Assembly (NCBI RefSeq): GCF_009914755.1 | Contig: NC_060928.1 | Reading direction: 5' to 3' (one strand) | Source of the DNA: the human T2T-CHM13v2.0 reference genome, Homo sapiens | DNA length: 64,000 bases | Shown here: in pieces, positions 37,882 to 53,595 of the stretch | Layout of the letters: each line of letters starts with the position of its first letter | How positions within the stretch are numbered: position 1 is the stretch's first letter | The notes under the pieces: model-generated | What the model was told of the DNA's origin: nothing | The model's input: the letters and a program-made list of their open reading frames with translations, nothing else | The model's database searches: none | Program-made: the position numbers and the translations under genes

Positions 37882-39779
37882 GTTGGTGACTAGCCAAAAA
37901 ATGATGGTATACAAAAATGTCTATATGCCTTTAATCTACTTTTCTTTTTTTAAAAAAGTTTATTATTTGCTATTCCTAAGTAAATCAATTGAAATTTTTG
38001 CTCTGGCTGTTATGTATCTATTTCAGCATCCCAGGTATTGCATTCAGCTAATCAAAATTAACATGATTTTATTTTTATTACGATAGGTATCTAAACACCA
38101 TTAAAGTAGTAATGATAATAAAAATGAATAACAAATATAGTAGCTAGAGAACTGATAAATAGCATAACTATAGAACATAATTTTTCTCAGTTTTGACATA
38201 TTCTATCTTTGTATCTTCCACTTATCTCATTAGAATTATCTTGAAATACATAGAAAAATTGAAAAAAGTTTGGGAAGTTGGTTTTATTATCATTAAGCTG
38301 TCAAACATTACAATATTTATAGTGGGATGGGACATTAGTTTATAAAAAGTCATAGTGCATTCTAAAAGTTTTAATTGCTTTACTTTCTCTAAAGTTAAAT
38401 TTTACTAAAGATTAGTTTTACGTGATTAATTTAGAAACCTGGGGCTTTAAGGTATTCACAATTAAAGTATCTGAAGCTGATAAATGCTTATCCCATAAAC
38501 ATAATTTTTTTTAAATAGTGTTTTTCTACTCTGGGAAAACAATGGTGTTTTTCCTTCTTTATTCTATTCTGGAAATATGTATTTTCATTCTGTGGCTTCA
38601 CACCCAGGGTGGAGAAAAGATTGCCCCTAAGTTTCTACTTTTATGGTATGTCCCTCATAAATCAGTATTTATCTGTTCCACTATCTGCATACAATGGCTA
38701 AAAAAATTTCAGCCTTCCTTTTTTGGTTTCTGCTACCATTCCTCTTCAATCTTAGATAATAAAAAATCAACTTGACCCTGAAATGGTCTGTGGTATAGTA
38801 GCATGTGGTATTGTAGCTATACCACATGAGATTCAGAGGCTGAATACTAGTCATGTGTCTCTGCTGGATGGAGTGAGTTTGACTTCCCCAACAAAAAGTA
38901 ATAATAATTTAATCATCAATCAAACCCCGTTGCTATAAGGACCTGAAATGTCCTGGTAGGCCTTGTTGAGGGTTTGATTTCTAAGTTACCATCACAGTAT
39001 TTTCTTTTTGAGACTATGACATGGGTTGCCATTTTTAATAAACCTGCTAAAAGCAAATCACTAAATTTTAGATTTTAAAAGAGCATAAGGAGCTCATCCA
39101 GTCTAACCACCTTTTCACTTATAACACAAGAGCACTTTTGACTTTCTGCTTTGTTTTATCCATTTCTGACAGGGTTTCAAAATGAAGCAAAGATGACTGA
39201 CAGCATTAACAAAAACTTAATCTTTTTTGTTGAGAAGCAAGACAGAGCTTATGCCAGAAATATGATGTTAAGCTTGACTTTACTGCTGGCATGACTAGCC
39301 CGATGAAAGATGAAGCATTATGGTAGCATCTGCCAGTCACAAGTATTGGCAGTTAGAGGTCAGTGCCAGACATAGCAAAGATCTGAGATAGCAGAGAAAG
39401 TTAGGGAAATCTCACCATCTACCACTGAGGCTCTCATCTATAAATAATATTTGGCTTAATGTATGTCAAGTGCTGAGAACTCTGTTAGATCTAAGATTTA
39501 GAAAAGCAATGAAAAACTTTTGACATTAAGAAAACTACAGTCTCTGTATAAAGACAAGACAACTCCTTGTGAGATAATAATTAAGTACTTAAATATGGGT
39601 ATATACATATCAACTGGAAGTCTTTATATGAGGAAGAGACAGCTAAGAGGTTTATAAAAATAAGCAAAACACAAAGGCAGTAAGTATCTGAGAAAAATTT
39701 GGCATTTGGTCATAAAATTCCAAATATTTAGGTAGTAGTTTTATTATTGTAATATAATCAAGGGATATTAAGAAAACAC

Positions 39780-40539
39780 TGAATTGCTTTAATTCTTTTA
39801 ATGGTTGCCCTCGGATTTATAGTGCACATCTCCAAAAATAATGGTCTTTATTCAAACAAATACATCTCACATGTAATATAAACCAGTAGAATAGTATATT
39901 CCACATTTTTCCTTGGTATTTTTGTGCTATTGTCACTATATGTTTTATGTGTTTATATGGTATAAATACACAATACGCTGCTACTACTTTTGCTTTAGCA
40001 GTTTTTTAAAAAAATGTAATTTCAATTAAAAATATATTTTACTTAATCTATTCCATTTCCTGTGATTTTTATTTCTTGGTTTAGATCCAGTTTTTTGTCT
40101 GCTATCATATATTTCTTCCTAAAGAACTTTATTTATCATTTCTTGTAGTGCAGATTCATGGCAATTAGCTTCCTCCATTTCATTTATATGAGACAATCTC
40201 GATTTATATTTTTACTAAGTACAGAATTATGGCTTGAGAGATTACTTCTTTCAGCACTTTAAAGTTATCCCTTCATTGTTTTCTGTCTTACATGCTTTTT
40301 GACAAGAACTCTTTTATAAATCTTGTCTTGGTTTTTCTATATGTAATGTGTCTTTGTCCTATGGTTGTTTTTAATATTGTCTTCGTTTTTTAGCAGTTCA
40401 AATGATAGGTGCAAACGAGCTTTTTTGTTCTGTTTTGTTTTTGATTTCTTTCCCTGCTTTGGTACTTACCTTGCTTGGTGTTCTCTTGGCTTCTTGGATC
40501 TGGGGTTTGGTGCCTGTCATTGATTTTGGAAGTGGTCTC

Positions 40540-40540
<1 letters not shown>
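39780..40540 (-). mobile_element. Old L1M fragment
   Basis: catttcttgtagtgcag, tctttcagcactttaaag, cttcttggatctggggtttg motifs. Confidence 0.65.
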
Positions 40541-40574
<34 letters not shown>

Positions 40575-40760
40575 GACGGAGTCTCACTCTGTCGCCCAGG
40601 CTGGAGTGCAGTGGCGCGATCTTGGCTCACTGTAAGCTCTTCCTCCCAGGTTCACGCCATTCTTTTGCCTCAGCCCCCCGTCTACAGGCATCTATCACCA
40701 TGCCCGGCTAATTTTTTTTTTTTTTTTTTTTTGTATTTTTAGTAGAAACGGGGTTTCACT
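40541..40760 (-). mobile_element. AluY-like partial with internal deletion
   Basis: gacggagtctcactctgtcgcccaggctggagtgcagtggcgcgatc...gttcacgccattc. Confidence 0.88.
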
Positions 40761-42189
40761 TGTGTCTCAGTGCCAAGGCTATAGTAATTTACAAGGTGTT
40801 CTCAGATAAATTATATAGTCTCTCTGGGTATCAGTTCACCTATTTATAAAATAAATTTAGACTAGAGATCTCTGAAGTCCTTTCTAGATTGACAAGATTA
40901 ATAATTTTTTTTTCATCGGTATATAAGTCAGGAAAGAAATAACTACAAGTAGACTGGCCAGTGGGTATCTACTTCCTAATTTAGGATTCTTATTTTAAAC
41001 ATCCCCTTTTCCAAAAATTATCTCCCACTTTTATAATAATACTTGAGATTTCTAGCATTCAATTTACTTGCTTTACTAGTTAAAATATGTTGGATTATGG
41101 GTAAAACAAAAGATAGTAAGATGAAGTTAGTTATAATGATAATAATGATTAGAAGTAATATACAATATATTTCATGCATTTATGCACTTACATACTTGGT
41201 ATCTCTTAAAGTTTATGCTCTAGGCATTAGTGCATTGAATCCTCAAAATAAATCTTATGTAATAGGTACTACAATTATTAGTTCCAATGTACAGTAGGAA
41301 AAAACCAGGTTTTTCAACATGAAGTGACTAGAGATAAGTATTTTCTAATATCAGGATATTATTAATTGTGGCTTTTAAAACCATACAATTAATGACAATT
41401 TTCCAAATAGAACATAGAAAAGGGAAGTGAATAAATTGATTCAAAATAAGGTGTCTTTCAAGAAATTTTCCTGACCAGATAAAAAGAAAGACTTTGTATC
41501 AGTTTTCTGTTGATGTGTAAAAAGAATCCCTAAACCTAGTGGCTTACAGCAACAATTTTAATTTGCTCACAGTTCTGAGGGCTGGCACTTGGAACTGGGC
41601 TTAGATAGGATGGCTGCTTTCTGCTTCATGGAGTACTGACTAGGCTTATTCATATGTCTGGGACATCAACTAGGAAGTCTGAGATATTTTAGGCAGCTGG
41701 ACTTCTCTTTATACAAAATCTCTCATTCTCAAGAGAGTCAAGCTTGTTCACATGATGGTATCATTGCAGGAGCATGTTCTATGTCATCTTGAGGTCTATG
41801 CTCAAAACTTGTTCATTTCTGCCATATTCGAGCAGTCAAAGCAGGACACAAGGTCAGCCAATGTTCAAGCAGTGAAGGGGCAGATTTCTATCTTGATGGG
41901 AGGATGAGAGAAGCTGCATTGCAAAGGAGTATGCATGCTAAAGCAAGAGCAATTCATGGTCATTTACTACTGTGTTCTCTGTGTCCACGAAAGACACACA
42001 CTTCTCTCACATGTCACATATGCTCATGCTCATCTCAGGACTAAAAAGATTCTCATCTATTTTTGTCATAAAGTCCAAAGTTCAAAGTTTATGACTGCAT
42101 GGTCTGAACCAGGTCTGGTTGAAAATGAAGCTCTTCGGAGTGTCTCCTTGTGTGAGATCTGTGAACAATAATAATAACAAAAATTATTT

Positions 42190-42310
42190 GCACTGGGTGG
42201 GAGGTTCACTTTAGCCTGGCAGGTCAAGACTGCAGTCAGCTGTGATCATACCACTGCACTCCAGCCTGGGTGACTGAGTGAGACCCTGTTTTGAAAAACA
42301 GTAAAAAAAA
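42190..42310 (+). mobile_element. Alu right-arm fragment (AluJ/FRAM-like)
   Basis: ggtcaagactgcagtcagctgtgatcataccactgcactccagcctggg. Confidence 0.8.
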
Positions 42311-42654
42311 GTTATTTGCTTCACACACATTCAGCATACAATACAAGGAAACAATGATTACAGTAATCACTGTTATTCGTAAAAAAAAAAAAAAAAAAGA
42401 ATGAAAAGGAAATAGTCACTAGACCACAGCAATTCTGGAATCCAGCAGGATACAAGTTACCAGGTTCTTCTCGCCTGGAGGCACAGGTATTCCTTGATTA
42501 AGGTCTATTCTGCTCCCTTGGAGGGATCCTCTAATGTATTATTCTCAGAGGCTTTTGACTCTGCCTTTTGATTTCTTGGATATGCCTTCTGAGATGCCCT
42601 TTCCTTTGTATAAGAAAAGGCGTGGCTAGCAGTTTTTTGCTTGCTTATTTTTTA

Positions 42655-42955
42655 TAGACAGTTGGAAGCCCAAGGCATGAGGATAGTTTGAAGCCAGGAA
42701 TTTGAGATGAGCCTGTACAACAAATTGAGACCTGGTTTCTACAAAAAAATTAAAAATTAAAAGAAAAATACCTGGGCTGGTGGTGTGCCAATAATCTCAG
42801 CTACTAGGGAGGCTGAGGCAGGAGGATTACTTGAACTCAGGAGTTCAAGGATGCAGTGAGCTATGATTGCACCACTGCCATCCAGCCTGGAAGACAGAGC
42901 AAATGCTGTCTCTTAAAAATAAAATAAAATAAAAATAATATTAAAAAAAGAAAAT
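42655..42955 (+). mobile_element. AluJ, 5'-truncated
   Basis: gaggctgaggcaggaggattacttgaactcaggagttcaaggatgcagtgagctatgattgcacc plus A-tail. Confidence 0.88.
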
Positions 42956-43059
42956 TGGGACACAGAGGCCCCTTTTTGTCTTTAATAACCCCAATCTTTT
43001 TCAGTCTACATTGTTACAGGTCTTTTAAATACTTTGTGGGTTTCCTGTGCATCGTGCTT

Positions 43060-43515
43060 TTTATTTTCCTTTTAGGTGATGTAATAATTATGAGTTACAG
43101 TGTGACATATCTATAAGTGTATACAATAATTACAAAATGATCAAATCAGTGTAATTAGTGTGCTCACCTCAAACATTTATTATCATTTGTTTGTGTTATG
43201 AACATTCAAAATCCTGTCTTTTAATTTTTTAAAATATACAATAAATTATTCTTAACCATAGTTACCCTACAGTACTATAAAACACTAGAATGTATTCCTC
43301 CTATCTAGCTGTAATTTTCTATCCGTTAGCCAACCTCTCCCTATTCTTCCCTCCCCTCATACCTTTCCCAGCCTTTAATAATCATATTTCTACTCTATTT
43401 CTATGAGCTCTTTTTTTTTTAGCTCCCACATATGCATGAAAATATGCAGTATTTATCTTTCTGTGGCTGGCTTATTTCACATAACATAATGTCCTCCAGG
43501 CTCATCCATATCTTG
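43060..43515 (-). mobile_element. L1MA 3' end
   Basis: gaacattcaaaatcctgtc...ttagctcccacatatgcatgaaaatatgcagtattt. Confidence 0.8.
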
Positions 43516-45124
43516 TTTATCATATTATAATCCACATCATCAGTTAAAAACCACACAATTTTCGTTAAGATAGTCCTCTCTCTACTCAGGCATCCCAAGG
43601 ACACTTATATCTCCATCTTCAGTTTAACCTTTAGCACAAAGCCATTTATTACTGTTAGAACTGTTTACTGGTTTGAAAGACTAAGTAAGAAACAGTTCTA
43701 TTTTCTAACCCAGCAAGTTCTAGGCAGTCTATATTTTTTTCAAAATTCCATTTGTGAACTGGAACAATTTCTTCTTTGTTCATTTCAACAATCTGCTTGC
43801 CAATATCCTTAGCCAAATCTACAACTTCATTAGGTACACATTCTATCTTCCAAATTTGTATAGTTTACAGCTTGACAATTGTTTGTCTATTTCATAAGAA
43901 AGGTCACAATTTTTGTGGCCTGTTACAGTTTTCTCACCACTTTTCAAGTATCTGTTAATAGTTTCCTTTCTGCTTTTCCAGCCTCCACCTGGAAACAGGT
44001 TCCAAAACCAATGACACCTGTATTAGATGTTTGTTACGGCAGCATCTCACTTCCAGGTAGGAATTGCTGTGTTAGTTAAGTTTTGCTGCATAACAAACCA
44101 CCAGCAAACTTGGTGGCTTGAAACAACAATCACTTTTTAGCTCACAATTCTGTTGGTTGGCCATTTGATCTGGGCTCAGCTGGGATTACTTATCTCTGGC
44201 CCACATTGTACACTTGGCCTTGCTCTTACGCATAGGACCTCAGAGAAGGTGATCGTGATGTCTGGAATAACTGGATCTCTCTAAATGGAAGCTAGGTTGG
44301 GCTTTTGCCTATGTTGTCAATATTCTGTTAGTCAAAGCAATTTACAGGGACATTCAGATTCAAGAGGTAGAGACTTCATCCATTGGTGGTGAAGTGTCAA
44401 AAATCTCATGGCAAAGAAGAATGCATACAAGAATGGAAAAGTATTGTAGGTAAGTTCTGCAAGAGATTGACGGGAGATAAGTTTTAAGAGACTTAAAAAA
44501 AAAGCAGATAACTTTTTGTAAGTGTGGAAAAAATTGTGAATATTCTTACAGATTCAGCCAGAGGGCCAAGAGCCAATAAGAGTTAAAAAGATTTAGGCAA
44601 GAGAGTAGATAAATATTGGAGTAAATTTCCAGAGGTGATGGAAGAAAATGTGATAAACAGTATAGAACTGAATACTCTTCAGTGGACAGAAGAAAAAGAC
44701 TACTGATCTTAGACAGAAGGGAAAAACCAAAGATGTGTGTCCGTGGAATGAAATTTGGATGGGGGTTGATAATTGAAATAATTCTCCCCTGGATATCATT
44801 ATTTTCCAAATGAGAAAAATGACAATAAAGTTTGCTGAGTTAGTGGAATAGTAACTTACAGGTTATTGGTAAAGATGTAGAATAAACTCTGGGAGCAATG
44901 AGAGAGTTCATGGACCAGGGCTGAATTAATGCGTTTTTGCTGCATGTTTAAGGTGCTGTTGAGGCTGAAGACAAATAATTTGTAGTAGCAAGAAATGAAG
45001 AGCTGAGAAAGGAGAGTCATGCAGGGAAGATCATGGCTACCTTTTTATTTCTGAAGGATGACAGAGTACTGGCAACACTGTGAGAACTAAACCACGGGAA
45101 GACCAGATCAGAAGTAGGAACTGC

Positions 45125-45730
45125 TATGATGAGGCTGCATAACAAATTTCCCTCAAGCACAGAAGCTTAAAACAGCCACACTAATATATTCATGGATCCT
45201 GTTGGTCAGGAATACAGAAAGGGTACAACAGGGACAGCTTATTTCTGTTCCATGATGTCTGAGACCTCAAGACTTAAAAGCTGCAGGTGCTGTGGGTGAA
45301 TTGATGGCAGGAGGCTGGGATTACATGAAAGCTTGTTCACCCGTATGGCTAGTTCCTAGAATGGGAGGAATAGATGATGAGCACCACTAGCCAGATAACC
45401 TATGCGGGCCACTCCATATGGTTCAGCTTCCTTGCAGCATGGCTGCCTGAGGCTGGTTTGACCCCTACCATGATAGCTCTGGGCTCCAGGCATGGGGTGA
45501 GTGTTTTAGCAAATAGGTGGAAGCTGAGTCACACTATATGATTCAGCTTTGGAAGTTTCACAGAGTTACAGCATTTTATTACTTACAGGCAAGTCACAAA
45601 ACCACCTAGATTTAATGTAATGCAAGAAGAATAGTTTGCCCCTGTTGATGTGTGCACAGCAAGTTTTAGAAGACCGTATGGGTTGGGAGATATTCTTGAG
45701 GCCATATTTGGAAAACCCAGTCCATCATAG
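45125..45730 (-). mobile_element. MLT1 solo LTR
   Basis: gctgcataacaaatttccctca...agcttccttgcagcatggctgcc...gccatatttggaaaa. Confidence 0.65.
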
Positions 45731-47777
45731 AGAATTTGCAGACATCTGAGCAAACAGAGGGGAAGCTTGGAAAAAAAGGTAGTGATAGCAGACACAGAGA
45801 GACAGCCTTGGGTTTGTAATATTCTTGACCTACGTAACTGATGGAACTGATTGCATCTCCTGAATCTTCTTCCTTTATGAGGATGTTTCAGGGATCAGGC
45901 ATACAGTCAAAAATGCTGTTCACCAAACCTATACTCTGTGTCTTCATAGTTTCACTTCTGTATTTAACCAAATTTTTTAGTATTTTTTCTTCATTCACAG
46001 TGTAAAACATTGTAGAGGTCTATAAAGGAAAAGAAGTTATGGTCCTTTACTGCGGTTCCACAGAAGCAATTAAAAAATACAGGGCTAAAGTACCTGAGAG
46101 AAAAAATGTTACATATAGGCTCGTTTTTAAAAAGGAAATGTAATTACAACCTTTTAGAATGGCATACATAAATCAGTACTAAGGAGAAGGAAAATTTGAA
46201 TATTTGAAGAGATAACTGACACACTGGGTTGGGGAAATGCAAATTATTTGGGTGAAATGTAAAACTACCTGGAGTAAAGAAAAACTCAGCCTTTTCTGCA
46301 GGCATTTATCTTGTTTCATTTGGAGATTTGTAAATGGAAGTTTTTAATCCCCTTTATTCATCTGGATCACCTGGCATGCCTTTGTGTGTACCTTTTTTAA
46401 ATGGGCTGATCGCATTTACTTAAAAATCTTTTCTGTTTCCATGGATCTTCCTGATGAAAGGTTACATATTGAATGGGCCTCATGTCTGGAGGACAAGAAT
46501 CTTTAACTTCCCTTGGATGTTTTTATCATGTGGGGGTTGGTCCATTGTGTACCGCAGTTTTGTCCTCTGAAATAAAAGAAAGAGCCAAAGTCTATTTGAA
46601 CTTGAAAGACCTTCATAAAGATAACTGGGTGATAATGCAAAAACATTCATATCCTCATTTAGAAGACTTCCTAACTCAGGTGGAGCCAAAAGATTTTTTT
46701 CCCCAAGATGGGAATTAGGACCAGAGCTGAGATTTGGCAAACAAAAGTGCCTGTCTTAAAACTAGGAGGGAATCTTTCCTCATAAATATTTACACAGAGA
46801 TCTCAGGTGATTATAAATCTATAAATGTCATATACGCACGGCTGCCTTGGCTTTCATTTCTTATAATCAAAATAGTCAACTCTCCATACTAATATGATTT
46901 CAAAGGGAATTTTGAAAAAGAAATGAATAGAATAGCAAATTCAAAATCAGAATCTGGGGTAGCCGTTTAGTGTTCTGATATTTATGAAAATCATTTATTT
47001 GTTTGCCCAGTAGGTAAAGCTAATGCTTCTAGGAGTTTTGTATTTTATCCATTTTGTTTTCTGAAACAAGATTTTTCCCGAAAACAAACATTTTAATAAA
47101 GATTATTTTGCACCTTAAAATACGCTAATACAAGTCAGCTGTCGCCTATTTGAGCCTAAAAATTACCTTTCAGAATAAAATTCTTCACAAGATTATTTTC
47201 CTCATTCATCTTGAGATGAGTGTTCTAATTTTAACACCGAAAAAGTTACCTTTTTGCTTTTAATGATGAAAGGACATTTTAAAATATTGGTGATTTTTGA
47301 ATAGCTGAAGGGTCGGTGGAAACTAAACTGTAGGAATATTGGAAGGAGATTTTAATTACTAATCTTGTAACCTTGGGAAATTTACTTAATCTTCAGTTTT
47401 CTTGTGAAATTGAGGTAATAATGCTTCTTTATTCTAAGTTTCTTGCCAATGATAATTGATATACTTTTTAAAGATTATATTTTATTGCATACCTTATGGT
47501 CTGGGGTAGGGCAGACGGACGGGATGTTGAGCCTGCATTCCAGGCTTACTCTGGTTTTGGGGTTGTTTTTCTTTTTCTACATTAAACAACTGATACTTGT
47601 GATGTCACACACATACAGAATCTATGTCACTTACCCTCTGAAACAAACACATTAAATTATTCTATGGTTCATCACTAGGATTTCCATTGTTGCCTTCAAA
47701 GAAATAGAAAACACGATTCTTTCTTTAATATGGAGTTTTAGCCACAGATAAACTTAATGTCAAGTGATAGTTGATTG

Positions 47778-47836
<59 letters not shown>
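47778..47836. repeat. (TA)n(CA)n compound microsatellite
   Basis: Directly visible. Confidence 0.97.
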
Positions 47837-47840
<4 letters not shown>

Positions 47841-48086
47841 TTCTAGAGTAGATATGTTGTGTTGTTATTTATGTTAACATATTAATGTGCTCATTCTTCC
47901 AGGTCCAGAAAAAACTCATTTGTGATCCCTCCTCCTTGTACCTCTCTGGAATTTGCAATCTCTTATTCCTGCAAATCTAAAGTATGGCACTTATTGCATA
48001 GTATTTTACTTATTTGTCTGACTTCAAAGGTAGTTTGTTGGATATCCCAGGATCCAAGAGAAGGAAGAGTATAAAAAAGACGTAGT

Positions 48087-49385
<1,299 letters not shown>

Positions 49386-49436
49386 CCTCCTCCCCTCCTC
49401 ATCTCCTCCTCCTCCTCCTTCTCCTTCCTCATCCTC

Positions 49437-49760
<324 letters not shown>

Positions 49761-50249
49761 TGATTTTAGTTTCTCTTTTCAAATGGTGAAGAATATCCAA
49801 ATACAACTTATTCTAGAAGGACTTATGGCAAAAAAAAGATTCAAAAATTAAAAGCTAAATACCATTCTCAAATGTTAAATTTTAATTTTAAAATACTATT
49901 AATATCAGAATTACTATTTTTCCTTTTATTACTTAATCTTAATATACTGTTAACTCAAATTGGATATAAATAATTACATGTATATTTACCTGTTTATTTA
50001 ATTAACGTTCTTAAAATTTACTTCTGTTTATAAAAGTAATAGTTTTTACATTGTATTAGCTTATCACAGTACTTTCTGTTTCAATAATAGATGGTGGTGT
50101 CATGCTATATGTTTAATCCAGGGATCTCCACGTGTTCAGCTATCTCATAGCTCTTCAAGCCCTGTGTTCTTGGATATTTATGAAAGCTTCATGATGTCAT
50201 CATTCCTTTTAATTCTAACATCAATAGTATTTTAAAATTAAAGGAATGC

Positions 50250-51115
50250 TGACATTATAAACTTATGTGTGTGTGCGTGTGTGTGTGTGTGTGTGTAGAT
50301 TTTTGTCCACAGTTCCCAATTCATAACTCCCATAGCCCTTGTAACAGTCTTTTGTTATAATGTTGGGTGTATTCGTGTGCTGGGCTTCAAGAGCAGGCCT
50401 CATGAAACAGACTCTTTCTGACCTTCTCCTGCCCAGCTTTCACCTGCCCCAAAGTAGGACTCTAACCATCACTGGCCTTTCTGATTGTGGGTCATAAGAC
50501 TCTCATTCCAGAGAGGGTTCTGCCCTCTACCCTGGGGGAAGAAATGCTGACATCATGAAGCTTTTATAAAAATCCAAGACGAGAGAATTTGAAGGGCTTC
50601 TGGATAGCTGAGCACGTAGAGGTTCCTGGAGGGTGGCACGCCCAGGGGAGGCATGGAAGATCCATGCCTCTTCCTGAATACCTCACTCTATGCATCTCTT
50701 CATCTATGTTTTTTGCAATATTCTCTAAAACAAACCAGCAAATGTATTTCCCTAAGTTCTGTGAACCACTCCAGCAAACTCATCAAACTCAAAGAGAGAG
50801 ATGTGAAAACGCCAGCTTGAAGCTGGTGGGCCAGAAGTACTGGAGGCCCAGACTTGTGACTGGTGTGTAGGGTGGGGGGCAGTCTTGGGGACTGAGCCCT
50901 CAATCTGGGGGATCTGATGCTATCTCCAGGTAGATAATGTCAGAATTGAATTGGCGGACATACAGTTGGTGTCTGCTGCAGAATTGATTGCTTTCTTGCT
51001 GGTGGCAAGAAATCCCCACATATTTTGAGGTCACAGAAGTCTTCTTCTGTGTTGGTTATTGTTGAGTTGGTGTGAGAGCAGAGGAACAACATGGTTTGAG
51101 AATTTTTCCAAAACA
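50250..51115 (+). mobile_element. MER21-family LTR (plus inverted MER21 fragment at ~50115-50209)
   Basis: ttctggatagctgagcacgtagaggttcctggagggtggcacgcccagggg...tatgcatctcttcatct. Confidence 0.85.
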
Positions 51116-52209
51116 TTGCTATACAGCAAATGTCTAAAAATTACAACAAGCCCATGGAGTGAATTTCATTCCACCTTAAATACAGAATGCATACTTATGT
51201 TTGAAATTGAATATTAAGATATTAATAATAAATTAGAATTTAATTTATGTTAATTTCATGGACACTGTTATTCATATTAAATGTGATGGTAACCTATGTA
51301 ATTATGTAATAATTATCCATGCAAATATCAGTGACACCAGAAATTATATTAAAGGACTAGTTAGTTACTTAGTTTTTAAGGGTCAAAACTTGAGACTACC
51401 AGATTTGGTTCATATGCTACAGCTGAGGCTGAAATTAGGTGCATCCTTATTTAAAACCATCAATATATCATATATGATAGATAATATATAAATATATGTA
51501 TGTATATATTATGAAGACACAGAAGATATATTTTTACTGTTCACTTATATATATCTCTCCCTACTCTAAGTAATCCCCATAGAAGCAGATCTTTTTAAAA
51601 AATTGTGTTTAATTCTCCATCCCTAATACTCAGAGAAATATCTGATATATTGATTTGCTCAACAAATATTTCTTGCACAAAGTAACAATGAATGAATGAG
51701 TTATAAGAAACAGCCACTATTAGATCTAAGGAGCAATGTACAGACATGAGAAGGTGAAAGAGAACATGAAAAGATGGTGGGATCAAAATACCAGAAGTCC
51801 CTGTGAAGTTCAAATATGTTTGGACATAGGTTAATAGAGGTAGAAAGCTGGATAGGAGGTGATGGTTTTGAAGGTAGAGCAGCTAATGGTAGTGGCACCT
51901 AGGCTGTAACATGAGAGTGAATACTTGAGGCTGAATAAGGGGCAAATTTAATTTGAGGCGAAGAGGTTCGGGAACTGAGAAACCAGTCCTCTGAGTGGGA
52001 GAGTGTGCTCTGGGGATGTGCTAAGCTATCAATTTTGTTACAATAGCTTTTTGAGATTTACTGAGGAAGGACATATGTCTGATGCTACTAACTGTGTGAT
52101 GCTTGGACCTCAGACTATTCCAGACTTCTGCTTTCTCTGCACCTATAATTACCTTCCTCACATTTTATGTCTAGTTAAAAATAAATTTATGATGAAGTGA
52201 CAGAGATGA

Positions 52210-52680
52210 GTCTTAGTTAGAATACAGATTTAACTCCTCTAAAAATATCCAGCAGATAAAGTGCTTAAACAAGATAGAAGTTTCTTCTTTCTTATGGGAT
52301 AGTTCAGAGGTAGGTGATTCAGGACTGGTAAAATGTTTATTCCTTGAAGTCTTCTAGAAACCCAAACTATCTCTGCCTCATCACTCCAGCATCACATCAG
52401 TCCTGTGCTCAAAATGGTATGCCAGCCATTATGTTTGATAGGCCTACTCAATATCCAGAAGTAGAGAGAGACAAACAAGCTTATGACTGCATGACCTCTA
52501 AGGATACCAACTGGAAGTATAATACAGTAATTTTGTTCATTTTTCGTTGGCCACAAATGCCTTAACTACCTGTGAGGGAGACTAGGCATGTGGTCTATAG
52601 CTTGACATGTTTCTAGCTAAAATTTGGGGACATAATTACTGAAATAAGGGGAGAATGGATATTAGGCAGTCTTAGCAATG
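52210..52680 (-). mobile_element. MLT1 (J/K-like) LTR
   Basis: gcttaaacaagatagaagtttc...gaggtaggtgattcaggactgg...ggagaatggatattaggc. Confidence 0.55.
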
Positions 52681-53203
52681 ATCTTGTTAATGGCCATGGG
52701 AATGATGAGGCCTCAAAAGTAGCAGAAGACAGGAGGTGGTGCTTAACTGTCAGGGGGCCAGAGAGCAGCAATTACCGTACCAGATGGCAAGGTGGAGAGG
52801 TAGCTAGGTGGAAATGACCTTCAGAGATGGCTAATAGACTCTGATGTTCCTAGGGGAAGGATAGATGGGCAGCTCATGAGGGTGCTCCCTGCCATCTGCA
52901 ATCAGAAGAAGGCAAGAATGGAGGATTATGGGGCTGAGAACAGTTGCTGTAATAAAAAATCACGATTCCTTCTTTAGCTCCTGGACTGGATCTATTTTCA
53001 GATCTTGACCCAATAAGTGAAGAGAATGCAACATAAAAACAAGTGTATACCATTATGATTTCCCCAAACCTTCTCCACAGAGACCTATGGCTACTTACTC
53101 TGGTGTCTGTATACTGTGAAAGAAGACCATCCAGTTATATTGAGGACTGTTAGGCACAGGACTGGAGCAGACATTGAAATCTGAAAACCTAAAACACCTC
53201 CAT

Positions 53204-53265
53204 GGGTCCTTTGTTAGAGTGGGGGTCCTTTGTTAGAGTGGGGGCCCTTTGTTAGAGTGGGGGCC
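53204..53265. repeat. 3.3 x 19-bp tandem repeat within ERVL
   Basis: gggtcctttgttagagtgg units at 53204, 53223, 53242. Confidence 0.92.
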
Positions 53266-53548
53266 TGTAGGGACTAGGTAATGAATGAAATTCTGACTGA
53301 CATTTATTTTGCTGTGATTCCACTAGGTCCCTAGACCCACTTAGATGTTTTTTGCAAGGTCTCCCAGAGTATAATTGAATTGAGATAGATATACTTGGCA
53401 ATTGGAAGAATACTCACATTAAGTTTTTGGCCTGTGGGGTAAGAGCTATCATACTGGAGAAGGCTGAGTGGAAGTTTCTGAAAATGCCCTTGACCTCAGC
53501 CAAGATAGTGTAAAACCAAAACCAAACCAAACCAAATTAAATATACAC

Positions 53549-53550
<2 letters not shown>

Positions 53551-53594
<44 letters not shown>
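53551..53594. repeat. (CA)n microsatellite
   Basis: Directly visible. Confidence 0.97.

Positions 53595-53595
<1 letters not shown>

Larger units (their letters stand above)
41497..44460 (-). mobile_element. MLT1 (H/I/J-like) MaLR provirus: LTR, internal region, LTR
   Basis: Related LTRs at ~41497-41965 and ~44068-44460 (ctagtggctta...gctcacagttctg...ctgggct); internal end cagcatctcacttccaggtaggaatt typical of MaLR-int. Confidence 0.65.

Noticed and set aside
46220-46620. Plus-strand peptides TLGW..., AGIYLVS and IKERAKVYLNL that superficially echo TNF-domain strands
   Set aside because: Motifs are in different frames, the intervening sequence has no matching motifs, and there are no fitting splice sites or N-terminal exon; treated as chance resemblance. 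It also cautions that the 6.5-7.8 kb call needs a formal alignment.
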